DNA of 64,000 nt, from contig NC_086101.1 in assembly GCF_963921235.1 (NCBI RefSeq), positions 110,050,001 through 110,114,000 on the forward strand, given 5' to 3'. Positions 1 through 10,271 of this stretch are shown here, one piece after another. How positions within the stretch are numbered: position 1 is the first letter of the stretch; each line of letters starts with the position of its first letter. Source of the DNA: Mobula hypostoma. Lineage: Eukaryota. The translations under genes and the position numbers were made by a program. The notes beneath the pieces were generated by a model. It was not told the origin of the DNA. It was given only the letters and a program-made list of their open reading frames with translations, and ran no database searches.

Positions 1-465
1 ATTTTCTGCCTGCACTGCACTCTTTCTGTAACTGTAACACTTTAATATGCATTCTGTTATTGTTTTTGGGTGGTGGTACGTCAATCCAAGGCTCTCTTTC
101 ACTCTTCTCAGTGATTCAGGAACAGCTTCTTCCTCTCTGCAATCCGATTTCTGAATGGACATTGAACCCATGAACACCACCTCGCTACTTTTTATTTTTT
201 TTATCTAAGTATTTACTGTATGTGTATATATATATTTACTGTTATTCAGTTCTCATTTCTCTCTATTATTATGTTTTGTATTGTACCGCTGCTGCAAAGT
301 TAACAAATTTCACAACATATGCCAGTGATATTAAACCTGATTCTGATTCTGCTGGCCTGCAGGTCACCCGTGGGCAAGGTGTAGCACCTGCCTAGCACAT
401 CACGTCCTCTTTATGTGACCACTGACACCAGGCTGATAATCTCTGAAGATTATTGGTAATAAGAC

Positions 466-2340
466 CATAAGACCAGAAGATATAGGAGAAGAATTAGGCC
501 ATTTGGCCCATCATGTCTGCTCCGCCCTTTCATCATGGCTGGTCCAATTTTCCTCTCAGTCCCCCAGTCTCCTGCCTTGTATCCCTTCATGCCCTGACCA
601 ATCAAGAATCTGTCAACCTCTGCCTTAAATATATTTACAGACTTGGCCTTCACAGGTGCCTGTGGCAAAGAATTCCACAGATTCATCACTCCCTGGCCAA
701 AGAAATTCCTCCTCATCTCCATTCCAAAAGGACGCCCCTCTGTTCTGAGGCTGGTCTTACTCTCCCATCATAGGAAACATCCTCTCCACATCCTCTCCAA
801 GGGCTTTCACTATTTGATAGGTTTCAATGAGGTCACCCCTCATTCTTCTGAATTCCAGTGACTATAGGCCCAAAGCCATCAAGTGCTCCTCACATGTTAA
901 CCCTTTCATTGCCAGAATCATTTGCGTGAACCTGCTCTGGATCGTCTCCAACGCCAGTACTTCCTTTCCCAGCTAAAGGACCCAAACCTGCTCACAATAC
1001 TCCAAGTGAGGGCTCACCAGTGCTTTATAAAGTTTCAACATTACATCCTTACTTTTATATTCTGTCCTATTGAAATGAAAGCTAACGTCACATTTGTCTT
1101 CCTCACCAACAACTCAACCTGCAAATTAACCTTTAGGGAATTCTCCACAAGGACACTTTGCACCTCAGTGTTTGTATTTTGTTTCCATTTAGAAAATAGT
1201 CAACCCTTTCATTTCTTCTACATGACTTCCTGACACTGTATTCCATCTGGTGGGAGGAGAAGATGGCAGCACGCCGCGCGTGTGGAGCTCTCCGGTGAAA
1301 AATGATATCGTATCTGTTAAATACGGGCCATGGACAATTCTGATTTGATGGAGAATGGACGTGAAATCACAGAGGAACATCTGGAGAAATATCTGAAACG
1401 CCCGTCTGCTGTTGTCGTTACTGTGTGGTCGGGAATCTTTTGGAGGGTCGGCCTCAAAATCCCTGGCTTTGCCTGCTTTTGGTGACCGAGAAGGAGGTCG
1501 AATCATTCGGACACAGATGCCGCTCAGTAGTCGGTGTCGGAGAGCTGATCAGAGCTCGAAGTTTTCGGATGACTCAGAGTCGGATTGTGGTTGGCATGGC
1601 AGGGAGAGTTTTTCTTCCTTCTCCTGTCTGCATGAGATGTGGGACATTTGAGAAACTTTGAACTTTACTGTGCTCACGGACTTTCTTCATCAAGTTATAG
1701 TATTGTTACACTGTTTGTAACTATATGTATAATTATGTGGTTTTGTCAGTTTTTTCAGTCTTAGTTTGTCCTGTGTTTTGTGATATCACAACAGAGGAAA
1801 TAATGTATCATTTCTTAATGCATGCATTACTAAATGACAATAAAAGGGGACTATGCGTCTTCATAATCTAATCTGCCACATCTTTGCCCATTCTCCTAAC
1901 CTGTCTAATTCCTTCTGTAGCCTCTTCGCTTCTTCAAAACTACCTGCCCCTCCAGCTATCTTCATATTGTCTGCAAACCTTTCAACAAAGCCATCAACTC
2001 CATCATGCAAATCATTGACATATAACATAAAAAGAATCTGTCGCAAAACAGACCCCTGTGGAACACCACTAGTCACTGGCAGCCAAGCAAAAAATGTTCC
2101 CTTTATTCCCATTCTTTGCCTTCTGCCAATCAGCCCTGGCTTCATCCATGTTAGAATCTTTCCTATAATATCATGGGCTCGTAGCTTGTTAAGCAGCCTC
2201 ATGTGTGGCAGCTTGTCAAAGGCCTTCTGAAAGTCCAAGTACACAACAACAACCAATTCTCCTTTGTCTATCCTGCTTGTTATTTCTTCAAAGAATTCCA
2301 ACAGATTTCTTTGGCAAAATTTCCCCTTGAGGAAACCACG
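466..2340 (-). mobile_element. CR1-clade LINE, degraded 3' half (RT remnant), interrupted by the element at 1250-1874
   Basis: Minus-strand ORF 1861..2301 has CR1 RT motifs (YLDFQKAFDKLPH, SGVPQGSVL, FADNMK); CR1-type 3' tail near 466-510. Confidence 0.85.
1250..1874 (+). mobile_element. Non-autonomous retroelement of about 620 nt with an L1-like 5' end and an (AATCT)n tail
   Basis: Starts GGGAGGAGAAGATGGC and ends AATAAAAG...AATCTAATCT; interrupts a CR1; homologous copies at 20239 and 43846. Confidence 0.7.
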
Positions 2341-2980
2341 CTGACATGGGCTATTTTATCATAATGGCTGGGGTCACCTGTCTTGCAAAGACACTGCCCA
2401 GAAGAAGACAATGGCAAACCACTTCGGTAGAAAAATTTTCCAAGAGCAACCATGGTCAAAGACCACGATTGCCCATGTCATATAACATGATGATGTTATT
2501 GTTTACCCTTGTAATACTTCGATGCACTGTTGTAATGAAGGTTCTATGTGGGCAGTGTTTTTTTGCTGTACGTTCGTACATTGCGATAATGAACTAATTT
2601 TCCCATTTTCATCTGTCCAGGAGGACTGACTGCTCAGCGTCCACTCAAAGCCTCGGAGAGACAGTGCTTCACGCCTATCATCTTTCAGTTTCAAACCTGT
2701 GGGATTTGGGGGCATCAGATCAAAACATATCCAACTTAACCCTTCAGATGGCAACATTTCTTCCACAGCTGAAATGTTCATTATAGCTTCGGAACTTCTC
2801 AGAGTTGTCGAGGTACAAAGAGACTTTGCGCTATTTCCTAGATAATGCCACAGTGCTAAGTCTTGTTGATATTGAGTAGCTAAAGTCCTGGATTTATATG
2901 CAAGGTAGAAAAAATAAGACTTTATTCCTTGGAGTGTAGAGACTGAGGAGTGGCTTTATAAAGATGCATAGAGTCAGGTA

Positions 2981-3707
2981 CAGTACCGCGCAAAAGTCTT
3001 AGGCACAGATCATAAGTTGCCTGACTCTTGCACAGAACTGTAGTAATTTTGTGTACGGAACAGCACTGCTGCTGCTGCAGAGTAAGGTAATTCCCAACAT
3101 ACGTGAGTGATGATAAACCTGATTCTGATACGGGTCTCCATTGTGGTCTGAGAGTGGGAAGGGGGCAGGGAGAGGGGAATCATGGTTGGGAAAAGGGGAA
3201 GGGAGAGGGAAGCACCAAAGAGACATTCTGTAATATCAATAAACCAGTTGTTTGGGATAAAATGACCTTGCCCCCTCATTGCAGAATGGTGATGGTGGAG
3301 TGCCACTGGAGGGGCTGTGAGGCAGCTGGCAGAGGAGGAGTGCCAGGGCTGGGGATGGGGTGGTGGTGTGGGTGCAGACACACACAGCTCTGAGACACCA
3401 GGCATTTGAATTTAAGCAACTGGTTTATTGATCATTACAGAATGTCTCTCTGCTACTTCCCGCTCCCTCCCCTCTCCCTTCCCCTTTTCCCAAACATGAT
3501 TCCCCTCTCCCTGCCCCCTTCCCACTGTCAGTCCACAATAGAGACCCATATCAGAATCAGGTTTATCATCACTCACATCTGTCATGAATTTTTGTTTGTT
3601 CCTGTGGCAGCAATATAGTGTAATACATAAAATTACTACAGTACTGTCGAATTGTCTTGGGCACCATAGCTCTATATATGTGTGCCTAAGACTTTTGCAC
3701 AGTACTG
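2981..3707. mobile_element. Tc1/mariner-type foldback MITE
   Basis: TIRs CAGTACCGCGCAAAAGTCTTAGGCAC and GTGCCTAAGACTTTTGCACAGTACTG; TA on the left flank, TG on the right; long internal inverted arms. Confidence 0.8.
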
Positions 3708-3746
3708 TGGGCTGTCTGTCATCCTCCTCTTCTATCCATGTACTGA

Positions 3747-4264
3747 TATGTCCACTTTATTAGGTACCTGCTTGTTAATGCAAATATCTGATCAGCCAAT
3801 CACATGGCTGCAACTCAATGCATAAAAGCATGCAGACATGGTCAAGAAGTTCTGGCGAAGCATCAGAATGGGGAAGAAATGTGATCTAAGTGACTTTGAC
3901 CTTGGAATGATTGTTGGTGCCAGACAGGGTGGTTTGAGTATCTCAGAAACTGCTGATCCCCTGAGATCTGCATAGACGGCATTTTCTCAAGTTTATGGAG
4001 AATGGTGATGAAAACAAACAAAAAGATCCAGTGAGCAACAGTTCTGTAGGCAAAAATGCCTTGTTAATGAGAGAGATCAGAGCAGAATGGCAAACTGGTT
4101 CCAGCTGACAACACGTTAAAATACCATGTGTTACAGCAGAGGTAGGCAGAAGAGCATCTCCGAATGCACAACACGCTGAACATTGAAGTGGATGGGCTAC
4201 AGCCGCAGAAGACCACAAACATACTCTCAGTGGCCTGGAGGGATCTAATAAAGTGGCCACTAGA
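3747..4264 (+). mobile_element. Internally deleted Tc1-like transposon with the N-terminal HTH remnant
   Basis: From 3868 reads MGKKCDLSDFDLGMIVGARQGGLSISETA; inverted ends CCACTTTATTAG and CTAATAAAGTGG. Confidence 0.8.
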
Positions 4265-4689
4265 GGGGTTTTAAATGTTGCTAATATGCTGCCGCAACCT
4301 CAGTTTCTGGCACCTCTTCGCTCACTGACGACTTACACAACTGCAGCATAAGAGATTTAGTTACTTCATGTTTTTACTTTGGATTTCCGGCATCTGCAAT
4401 AATTTGCCCCCTGATGAAGTGCTTCCTCCAAGAGAACCACAACCTCTTCGTAGGGTTTGGAGGCTTGCGTGCCTTAATGACCTGGAGAGCTACGTTGGCT
4501 GGAGGTAGAGCTTTATGGTTTGGCTCTCGGTAGGGTCACCCATTCCAAACAAGTCAGAGGGTAGAGGCCAGACTAAGGCTGGTCCATTGTTCCTCCAGGT
4601 TCGGGGTTTCAGCTCAGGGCAAACAACCCTGACTGGTAAAACAAATTTTTTTTATGGACACAGCAATGAAGAATCCTTCTACATCTGTT

Positions 4690-4894
4690 ATTGTCCCTTT
4701 TCACACCTTGTGGCACATCAGTCAGCATTTTTTGCCATTTCCTTATCATCTTGTCTGTTTTTTCACAAGGCTGAGCTGCTAGCTCAGCACTCAACCCAGC
4801 ACGGATGGACAGCTTGCAAGGAGCTGGCTGGATTCAAACCCGGTGCCATCTACCTCAAAGTCTGGTGCAGATGCCACGACATCACTGGCTGGCC
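4690..4894 (-). mobile_element. tRNA-derived SINE remnant
   Basis: Reverse complement shows degenerate A-box and B-box (GGGTTTGAATCC) motifs. Confidence 0.45.
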
Positions 4895-5111
4895 ACATCT
4901 GAGTGCGATAGTATTCCTGGGTCTACCCTCACCACTGCCCCCAATCCCCTGGGAGTTGCATGACTGACAAGGGTGGAGTTTGAGAGGAAGCCACTGGCAC
5001 AATGGAGGCAGCACTGAACACCACAATCGAACACCTTCATAGCCGCCCCAAACAGCAGCGTTGTAATGAGCAGTAAGTGATGAACTGTTTCAGAAAGCAA
5101 TCCTAAACTAA

Positions 5112-5155
5112 TGATAAGATCAGACCTCTGTGGCTTTTGATGAGTCACAGCCAAT
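5112..5155 (+). promoter_or_regulatory. Putative gene 1 promoter motifs: GATA (TGATAA 5112), AP-1 (TGAGTCA 5141-5147), CCAAT (5151-5155)
   Basis: Motif cluster about 170-200 nt upstream of the leader ATG; short motifs also occur by chance. Confidence 0.3.
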
Positions 5156-5317
5156 GAAAGGCAAAAGCTTACAGGCAAAACCTTTCATCATACTTTGTGG
5201 GAGGCTGCAGACCTTCAGAAACCATGGTAGGGATTGTTTTACTCATATGGTAAAGACCTGATGCTACTAAGCGCCTCAGAGTACCTGTGCCCTCTCTGAT
5301 CGTCACTGCACTGGGCA

Positions 5318-5387
5318 ATGGGCTGCTTTGGAAGGTCACAGGCGGTGCTGGGATCCATTCTCTGGTTACATCTTATGCAAATCAGAG
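5318..5387 (+). CDS. Gene 1 exon 1, signal peptide MGCFGRSQAVLGSILWLHLMQIR(G)
   Basis: ATG at 5318; hydrophobic core; strong donor AG|GTAAGC; phase 1 matches the V-exon acceptor and gives ...QIRG-AMG. Confidence 0.75.
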
Positions 5388-6309
5388 GTAAGCAGACTGA
5401 CCTTCATTGTCTCTCCCTGCTTCCTTCACTGCTTAGTGAGTCGCAGTCTTCAGTTCGAGAAGAGGTTTGATCTAGGCTGGTGGTACTGAGGGAACAGAGA
5501 ACCGTCAGAGGCACTAGATTTCACAAGAGGCGCTGGCTGCTTTACCGAGGAAGTGAGAAGTGTAGCCAGAGTCTAGAGAGGGAAGGCTGGTTTCTGTGAT
5601 GTGTTGAACTGTGACAACAAGAAACCAAGTTCAACTCCAATTTCAGTATGGAAGACAAGCTTTTCACTATACATGTGACAATAACAAACCAATTTGAACA
5701 AGCGGAGAAGTTTGGATATACACACCAGTCCTCATAGAGGGATCAGAAGTGGAGAGAGTGAGCAATTTCTAGTTCCTTGGTGTTGCTGTCTCTGAGGACC
5801 TAATCTGGTCCTAACATATCGATGCAGTGATAAAGAAGGCATGGGTGGGGGGGGGGGGAGTGGGGCTTTGGCGTTCTAACGTTTTTCTGTCATCCATTCT
5901 TTGGGATATTTCTTCTGTTTTGTGGGTGCCTGTGAAGAGTAAGATTTTCACATTGGATATTGTATACATTTCTTGATACTAAATGGAACAACTGAAGCAT
6001 TGAACGAAGTATAACAGCTACAGAGAAATTGCAGTAGAGGCAGACAAAAAAAAAGTACGAGACTGCAGTGAGGTAGGTTACGAGGACAAGAACCTGTCTT
6101 ATCATTCAAGGGGACTTTTCAAAAGTCTCATTAAAAGTAACTCTGTTCCCTCATTCAGGTCTCTTCCACTGGTGGAAATATCTCTACCCCTCACAATGTC
6201 TTGATAAAGTCACCCCTCATTTTGCAAAATTCCAAAGAATATCAAGCTGACTTTTATAGCTGTTTGGGATGGGACACTATCTCATCCTGGGCTAACCTGA
6301 AAATCCTTT

Positions 6310-6600
6310 CTCAAATTGGCCTCAGTTGTAGCGTGGACTAGGCCTCAAGCTGCAGGCTTGCCTGTTGCTGCAGTCCAGGAGTGGACACGCAGGAGGCGGT
6401 GTAGCGTGGTGTCCGTACTCTGTTGGGGGCTGGCCTCTCCTATAGGTACTGCCCTCCAGTGCTCAATTGGTGGAACGACAGGCGGGATGGCCAGGAAATG
6501 TGCCATCAATTTGCAAGACATGTCACTCAGGCTCTTGGACTATAGATGTGGTTTTTTTTGCATGAATATATATATATTAATTGCTTTCTATTTTGAATGT
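6310..6600 (+). mobile_element. Interspersed repeat, with an inverted sister copy at about 7575-7825
   Basis: GGACTAGGCCTCAAGCTGCAGG matches the reverse complement of CCTGCGGCTTGAGGCCTAGTCC, and the alignment extends about 250 nt. Confidence 0.55.
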
Positions 6601-6639
6601 GCTGTGTATGTTTTGAAACAAACAGTGCAATATAAAGCA

Positions 6640-7140
6640 ATACACAAAATACTGGGGGAGCTCGGGTCAGGCAGCATCTATGGAAATGAATAAACAGTCA
6701 GCGTTTCAGGCCAAGACGCTTCTTCAGGACTGAAAAGGAAGGGGGAAGTCGCCAGGATAAAAGGTGAGGGGAGGGAATGGAGGTTAGTAGAAGGTGATAG
6801 GTGAAGCTAGGTGGGTTGAAAAGTTCAAGGGCTGGAGTAGAAGAAATCTGACAGGAGGGTAGAGTGGACCATAGGAGAAAGGGAAGGAGGAGGGGACCCA
6901 GGAGAAAGTGATAGGCAGATGAAGAGAGGTTAAAGGTCAGAGTGGGGAATAGTAGGAGGGCAGGGGGAGGCAAAACTTATTTTACTGGAAGAAGAAATGG
7001 ATATTCATGCCATCAGGGTGGAGGTTACCCACATGGAATTTAAGGTGCTGCTCTTCCACCCTGAGAATGGGAATGTGAATGGGAATTAAAATGTTTGACT
7101 CCCGGGCAGTCCCACTTCTGGCAGATGGAGCGGAGTGCAA
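6640..7140 (-). mobile_element. Penelope-like 3' remnant
   Basis: Minus strand reads ...LRVEEQHLKFHVGNLHPDGMNI..., matching the end of the Penelope ORF at 12807, followed by the same 3' tail. Confidence 0.65.
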
Positions 7141-7189
7141 TACGTCATTCATGTCAACGACCAACCCAGTCTGAGGATTGTGGTTGGGG

Positions 7190-7420
7190 CAGCCCACCAG
7201 TTTTGCCGCACATCCGGCGCTAACGTAACCTGCCCACTAACTCACTAACCCTAACCCGTACATCTTTGGAATGTGGGAGGGAACTGGAGCACCCGGAGGA
7301 AACCCACATGGTCACAGGGCGACGGTATTAGCTTCTTACAGACAACAGTGAGTTTTGAACCCTAATTGGGAATTGATGGCTCTATAAAATGATTGCTCTA
7401 ACCGCTACATTACCGCAGGG
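7190..7420 (-). mobile_element. tRNA-derived SINE (V-SINE/HE1-like) remnant
   Basis: Reverse complement contains GTGACCATGTGGGTTTCCTCCGGGTGCTCCAGTTCCCTCCCACATTCCAAAGA, similar to the SINE at 28240. Confidence 0.55.
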
Positions 7421-7944
7421 CCGCTAAACTGCGGCACCATAGTCCCAAGAGCACCAAACTTCCAGAATTTTATCAAGTCAAATCAAATCTGGTTTAACTA
7501 TCATTGAGCCATACGTGGATACAGCCGAATGAGACAGCATTCTTCTGCAGCCAAGGTGTAAAACGTACACAGCATATTAAAAAAAAACAAAACATAGACA
7601 TGTAAGAAAACACATATATAGTACAAGACCCTGAGCAGCATGTCCCGCAATTTGATAGTACAGTTCCTGGCAATCCAACCTGTCATTGCACCAACAGTGG
7701 AGGAAAGCACTGATGGGAGACTCCTGCCCACAACCGAGCACCAACACCATGCTACACCGCCTCCAGCATCTTCTCACCTGGATTGCAGCAGCAGGCGAGC
7801 CTGCGGCTTGAGGCCTAGTCCCCACTCCAACCAACGGGGTGTACAGTATACGAGGTACAGGTGGAGTAGATAGCCAGCACCAATGACTTAGACTGAGAGG
7901 TTGAGAGTTAGTCATATGTAAGAACCCAAACTCCCAGAAAGAAG

Positions 7945-8500
7945 GGTAATGCACACAGTATACTGGAAGAAATCAGCAGGCCAGGCAGCATCTATAGAGG
8001 GGAATAAGGAATCAACACTTTAGGCCGAGACCCTTCATCAGGACAGGAAGGGAAGGAGGCAGAGTAAGGAGGTGGGGAGAAGGGGAAGCTGTACAAGCTG
8101 GCAGGTGATGGGTGAGATCACATGAGGGGGAAGGTAGGTGGGCGGGGTATGGGGATGAAGTGAGAAGCTCGAGGTGATAGGTGGAAAATATAAAGTGCTG
8201 ACCAAGGAGGAATCTGATAGGAGAGAATTGTGGACAGTGGGAGACAGGAAAGGAGGAGGGGTACTAGAGGGAGATGGGCAGGTGAGGAGAAGGGAAGGGT
8301 TAAGAGGGGAGTCAGAATGGGGAATGGGAAAAGAGAGAAGCGGGGGGTGGGGAAGACATGACCAGAAGTCAGAGAAGTTGATTTTCCTGCCATTAAGTTG
8401 GAGGCTATCCAGACAGAATATCAGGTGTTGCTCCTCCATCTGAGAGTGGCCTCATCATAGCAGTAGAGGAGACCGTGGCCTGACATGTCGGAATGAGAAT
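7945..8500 (-). mobile_element. Penelope-like 3' remnant
   Basis: Minus ORF 8038..8439 begins MEEQHLIFCLDSLQLNG; the tail is homologous to 14100-14180. Confidence 0.65.
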
Positions 8501-8986
8501 GGAGATTGGGACTTAAATGGTTGGCTTCTGAAAAACAAAGACTGGCGAAAGCTAACATGGAAAAGGAGACAAGCTGCGTAAATACAAGTAGTAGTAGTAA
8601 TAATAAATAGATAGGTAGGTAAATAAATGAATAACATTGAATACATGAGATGTCGAGTCATTGAAAGTGAGTGCACAGGTTGTGGAAACAGTTCGGAATT
8701 GAGGTGAGTGAAGTTATCCAGTCTGGTTCAGGAGCCGGATGGTTGTAGAGTAGTAACGGTTCCTGATCCTGGTGTTGTGCGACCTATGACTGATGATAGA
8801 ACACGGTCCTATAAATGATTACATGCATTAAAAGTAAGAAACACAAAACGTAAGAAATAACAGACGCTGGCGAGTTTCGTCAAGGATTTGCATGACGGCA
8901 ATTTGGGGCATGGACCTTTCTGCTAACGTTTCAGCTTTCAAGCAGAATAATCCCATCTGAGTTGCTCTTGTCTGCAACACACACAG

Positions 8987-9361
8987 GTGCAATGGGGATT
9001 GTCATGGTCCAGCAGACCCCAGCTACCCTCTCTGTGATGGAAGGGAAACCATTCCGTCTCCGCTGCCAGCTCAATACGACAGAGGTCACGCCACTGGAAA
9101 CGGTGATCTTCAAATGGACCATAGGGAACTCCCAGCTCCAATTCACAAAGACCCTGATGAACATCACATACTGGAACAACAGCACAAATCAGAGCAGGGA
9201 GATGCACGTCGAGGAAGAGGAACAGGGCTGGGCAACCAGCCTGGTGGTGGTGAGCGCAAGGAGAGGGGACAGTGGTGAATACCTGTGTGACATCACTGTT
9301 ATCAGGCCGATGTCAATGCAGAACGACTACCATGGCAATGGCACCAGGGTGGAAGTACTCG
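8987..9361 (+). CDS. Gene 1 exon 2, IgV domain of CD28/PD-1/TMIGD2-family type
   Basis: ACACAG| acceptor and |GTAAGG donor, phase 1-1, 375 nt; B-strand Cys (FRLRC), C-strand Trp (FKW), ARRGDSGEYLC, J-like GNGTRVEV. Confidence 0.9.
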
Positions 9362-9440
9362 GTAAGGTCACCAGACCACGGGACAAGCAGGGCACAGGGG
9401 AGAATGAGAGCAAGCTAGGAGATCACTGGGGAATGGGTCA

Positions 9441-9802
9441 TACACACACACACTGACCCTCACTAGGGGATGGTCCCACACACACTGACCCCCACTGGGG
9501 AAAGTCCCACCTACACACACTCACTCTCACTGGGGGACTGGTCACACACACACACACTGACCCTCACTGGACGACTGGTCTCTCTCTCTCTCACACACAC
9601 ACACTGACCCTCACTGGGGGACTGGTCCCCCACACACAGTGACCCTCACAAGAGGACTGGTCCTACACACACTGACCCTTACCAGGGGACAGTCCCACCT
9701 ACACACACTGACCCTCATGAAGAGACTGGTCACACACACACACTGACCCTCACTGGGGGACAGTCCCACCTACACACACTGACTCTCACTGGGGTCAGTC
9801 CC

Positions 9803-9852
<50 letters not shown>

Positions 9853-9880
9853 GACCCTCAGTGAGGGAATAGTTCCCACA
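9441..9880. repeat. Minisatellite of about 30-40 nt (CACACACTGACCCTCACTGGGGGACTGGTC-like) ending in a (CA)n run at about 9806-9849
   Basis: About a dozen degenerate units visible directly. Confidence 0.9.
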
Positions 9881-9982
9881 CGCACATTGTCTCTCACAAG
9901 TTGTTGAGTTTATTCCCTCTGATTTACTCTGACACATCTCACTGTGTTTAAGGTGATTTGAATGCGCTTTGGTTTGTTTCAG

Positions 9983-10084
9983 CTGCAGGGGCACTGCCTT
10001 CCTCCTCGTGGTACCTCTTTCTAATTGGGCTGGTTCCGCTCCTGTTGTTTGCTACCTGGATGTTGGTGAGGAAAGACTGCCAAG
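9983..10084 (+). CDS. Gene 1 exon 3, TM exon (A)AGALPSSSWYLFLIGLVPLLLFATWMLVRKDCQ
   Basis: TGTTTCAG| acceptor and |GTGAGA donor, phase 1-1; 20-residue uncharged helix followed by RK stop-transfer residues. Confidence 0.85.
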
Positions 10085-10173
10085 GTGAGATGGCCTCCCT
10101 ACTCCCACCCTTAACCTTCCCACCATCCCTCACTGGAATCGTTTTCCGTCAACGGAACAGAACAGTGTTTCAG

Positions 10174-10260
10174 TCAAAGAAACACTGCGGATTCAGCAGC
10201 AGTCGCGGGCGGCGGGTCCTGAGCTCCGCCGGGTCCTAAAGTCCACCCGAATTTAGACAG
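10174..10260 (+). CDS. Gene 1 candidate exon 4 (V)KETLRIQQQSRAAGPELRRVLKSTRI*, with TAG at 10254-10256
   Basis: GTGTTTCAG| acceptor after an 89-nt intron; CAG|GTAAAA donor; 87 nt, phase 1-1; GC-rich compared with its flanks. Confidence 0.45.
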
Positions 10261-10271
10261 GTAAAATAGGA

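Noticed and set aside
2503-2781. 92-aa minus-strand ORF with protein-like composition
   Set aside because: I recognise no motif, splice context or paralogue, and it lies among repeat fragments. A BLASTX search would settle it.
5224-5249. Alternative leader MVGIVLLI with a Kozak-like ATG
   Set aside because: The donor would be phase 2, incompatible with the phase-1 V exon, and the peptide is too short. Exon 5318-5387 fits better.
8987-9361. Assigning the symbols PDCD1, TMIGD2, CD28, NCR3 or PILRA/B to genes in this window
   Set aside because: Motif evidence is mixed between families and orthology cannot be established without phylogeny and synteny, so symbols were left blank.
9635-9641. CACAGTG as an RSS heptamer downstream of the V exon
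   Set aside because: It is a variant of the minisatellite unit, there is no nonamer at 12- or 23-nt spacing, and the V exon already contains its G strand.
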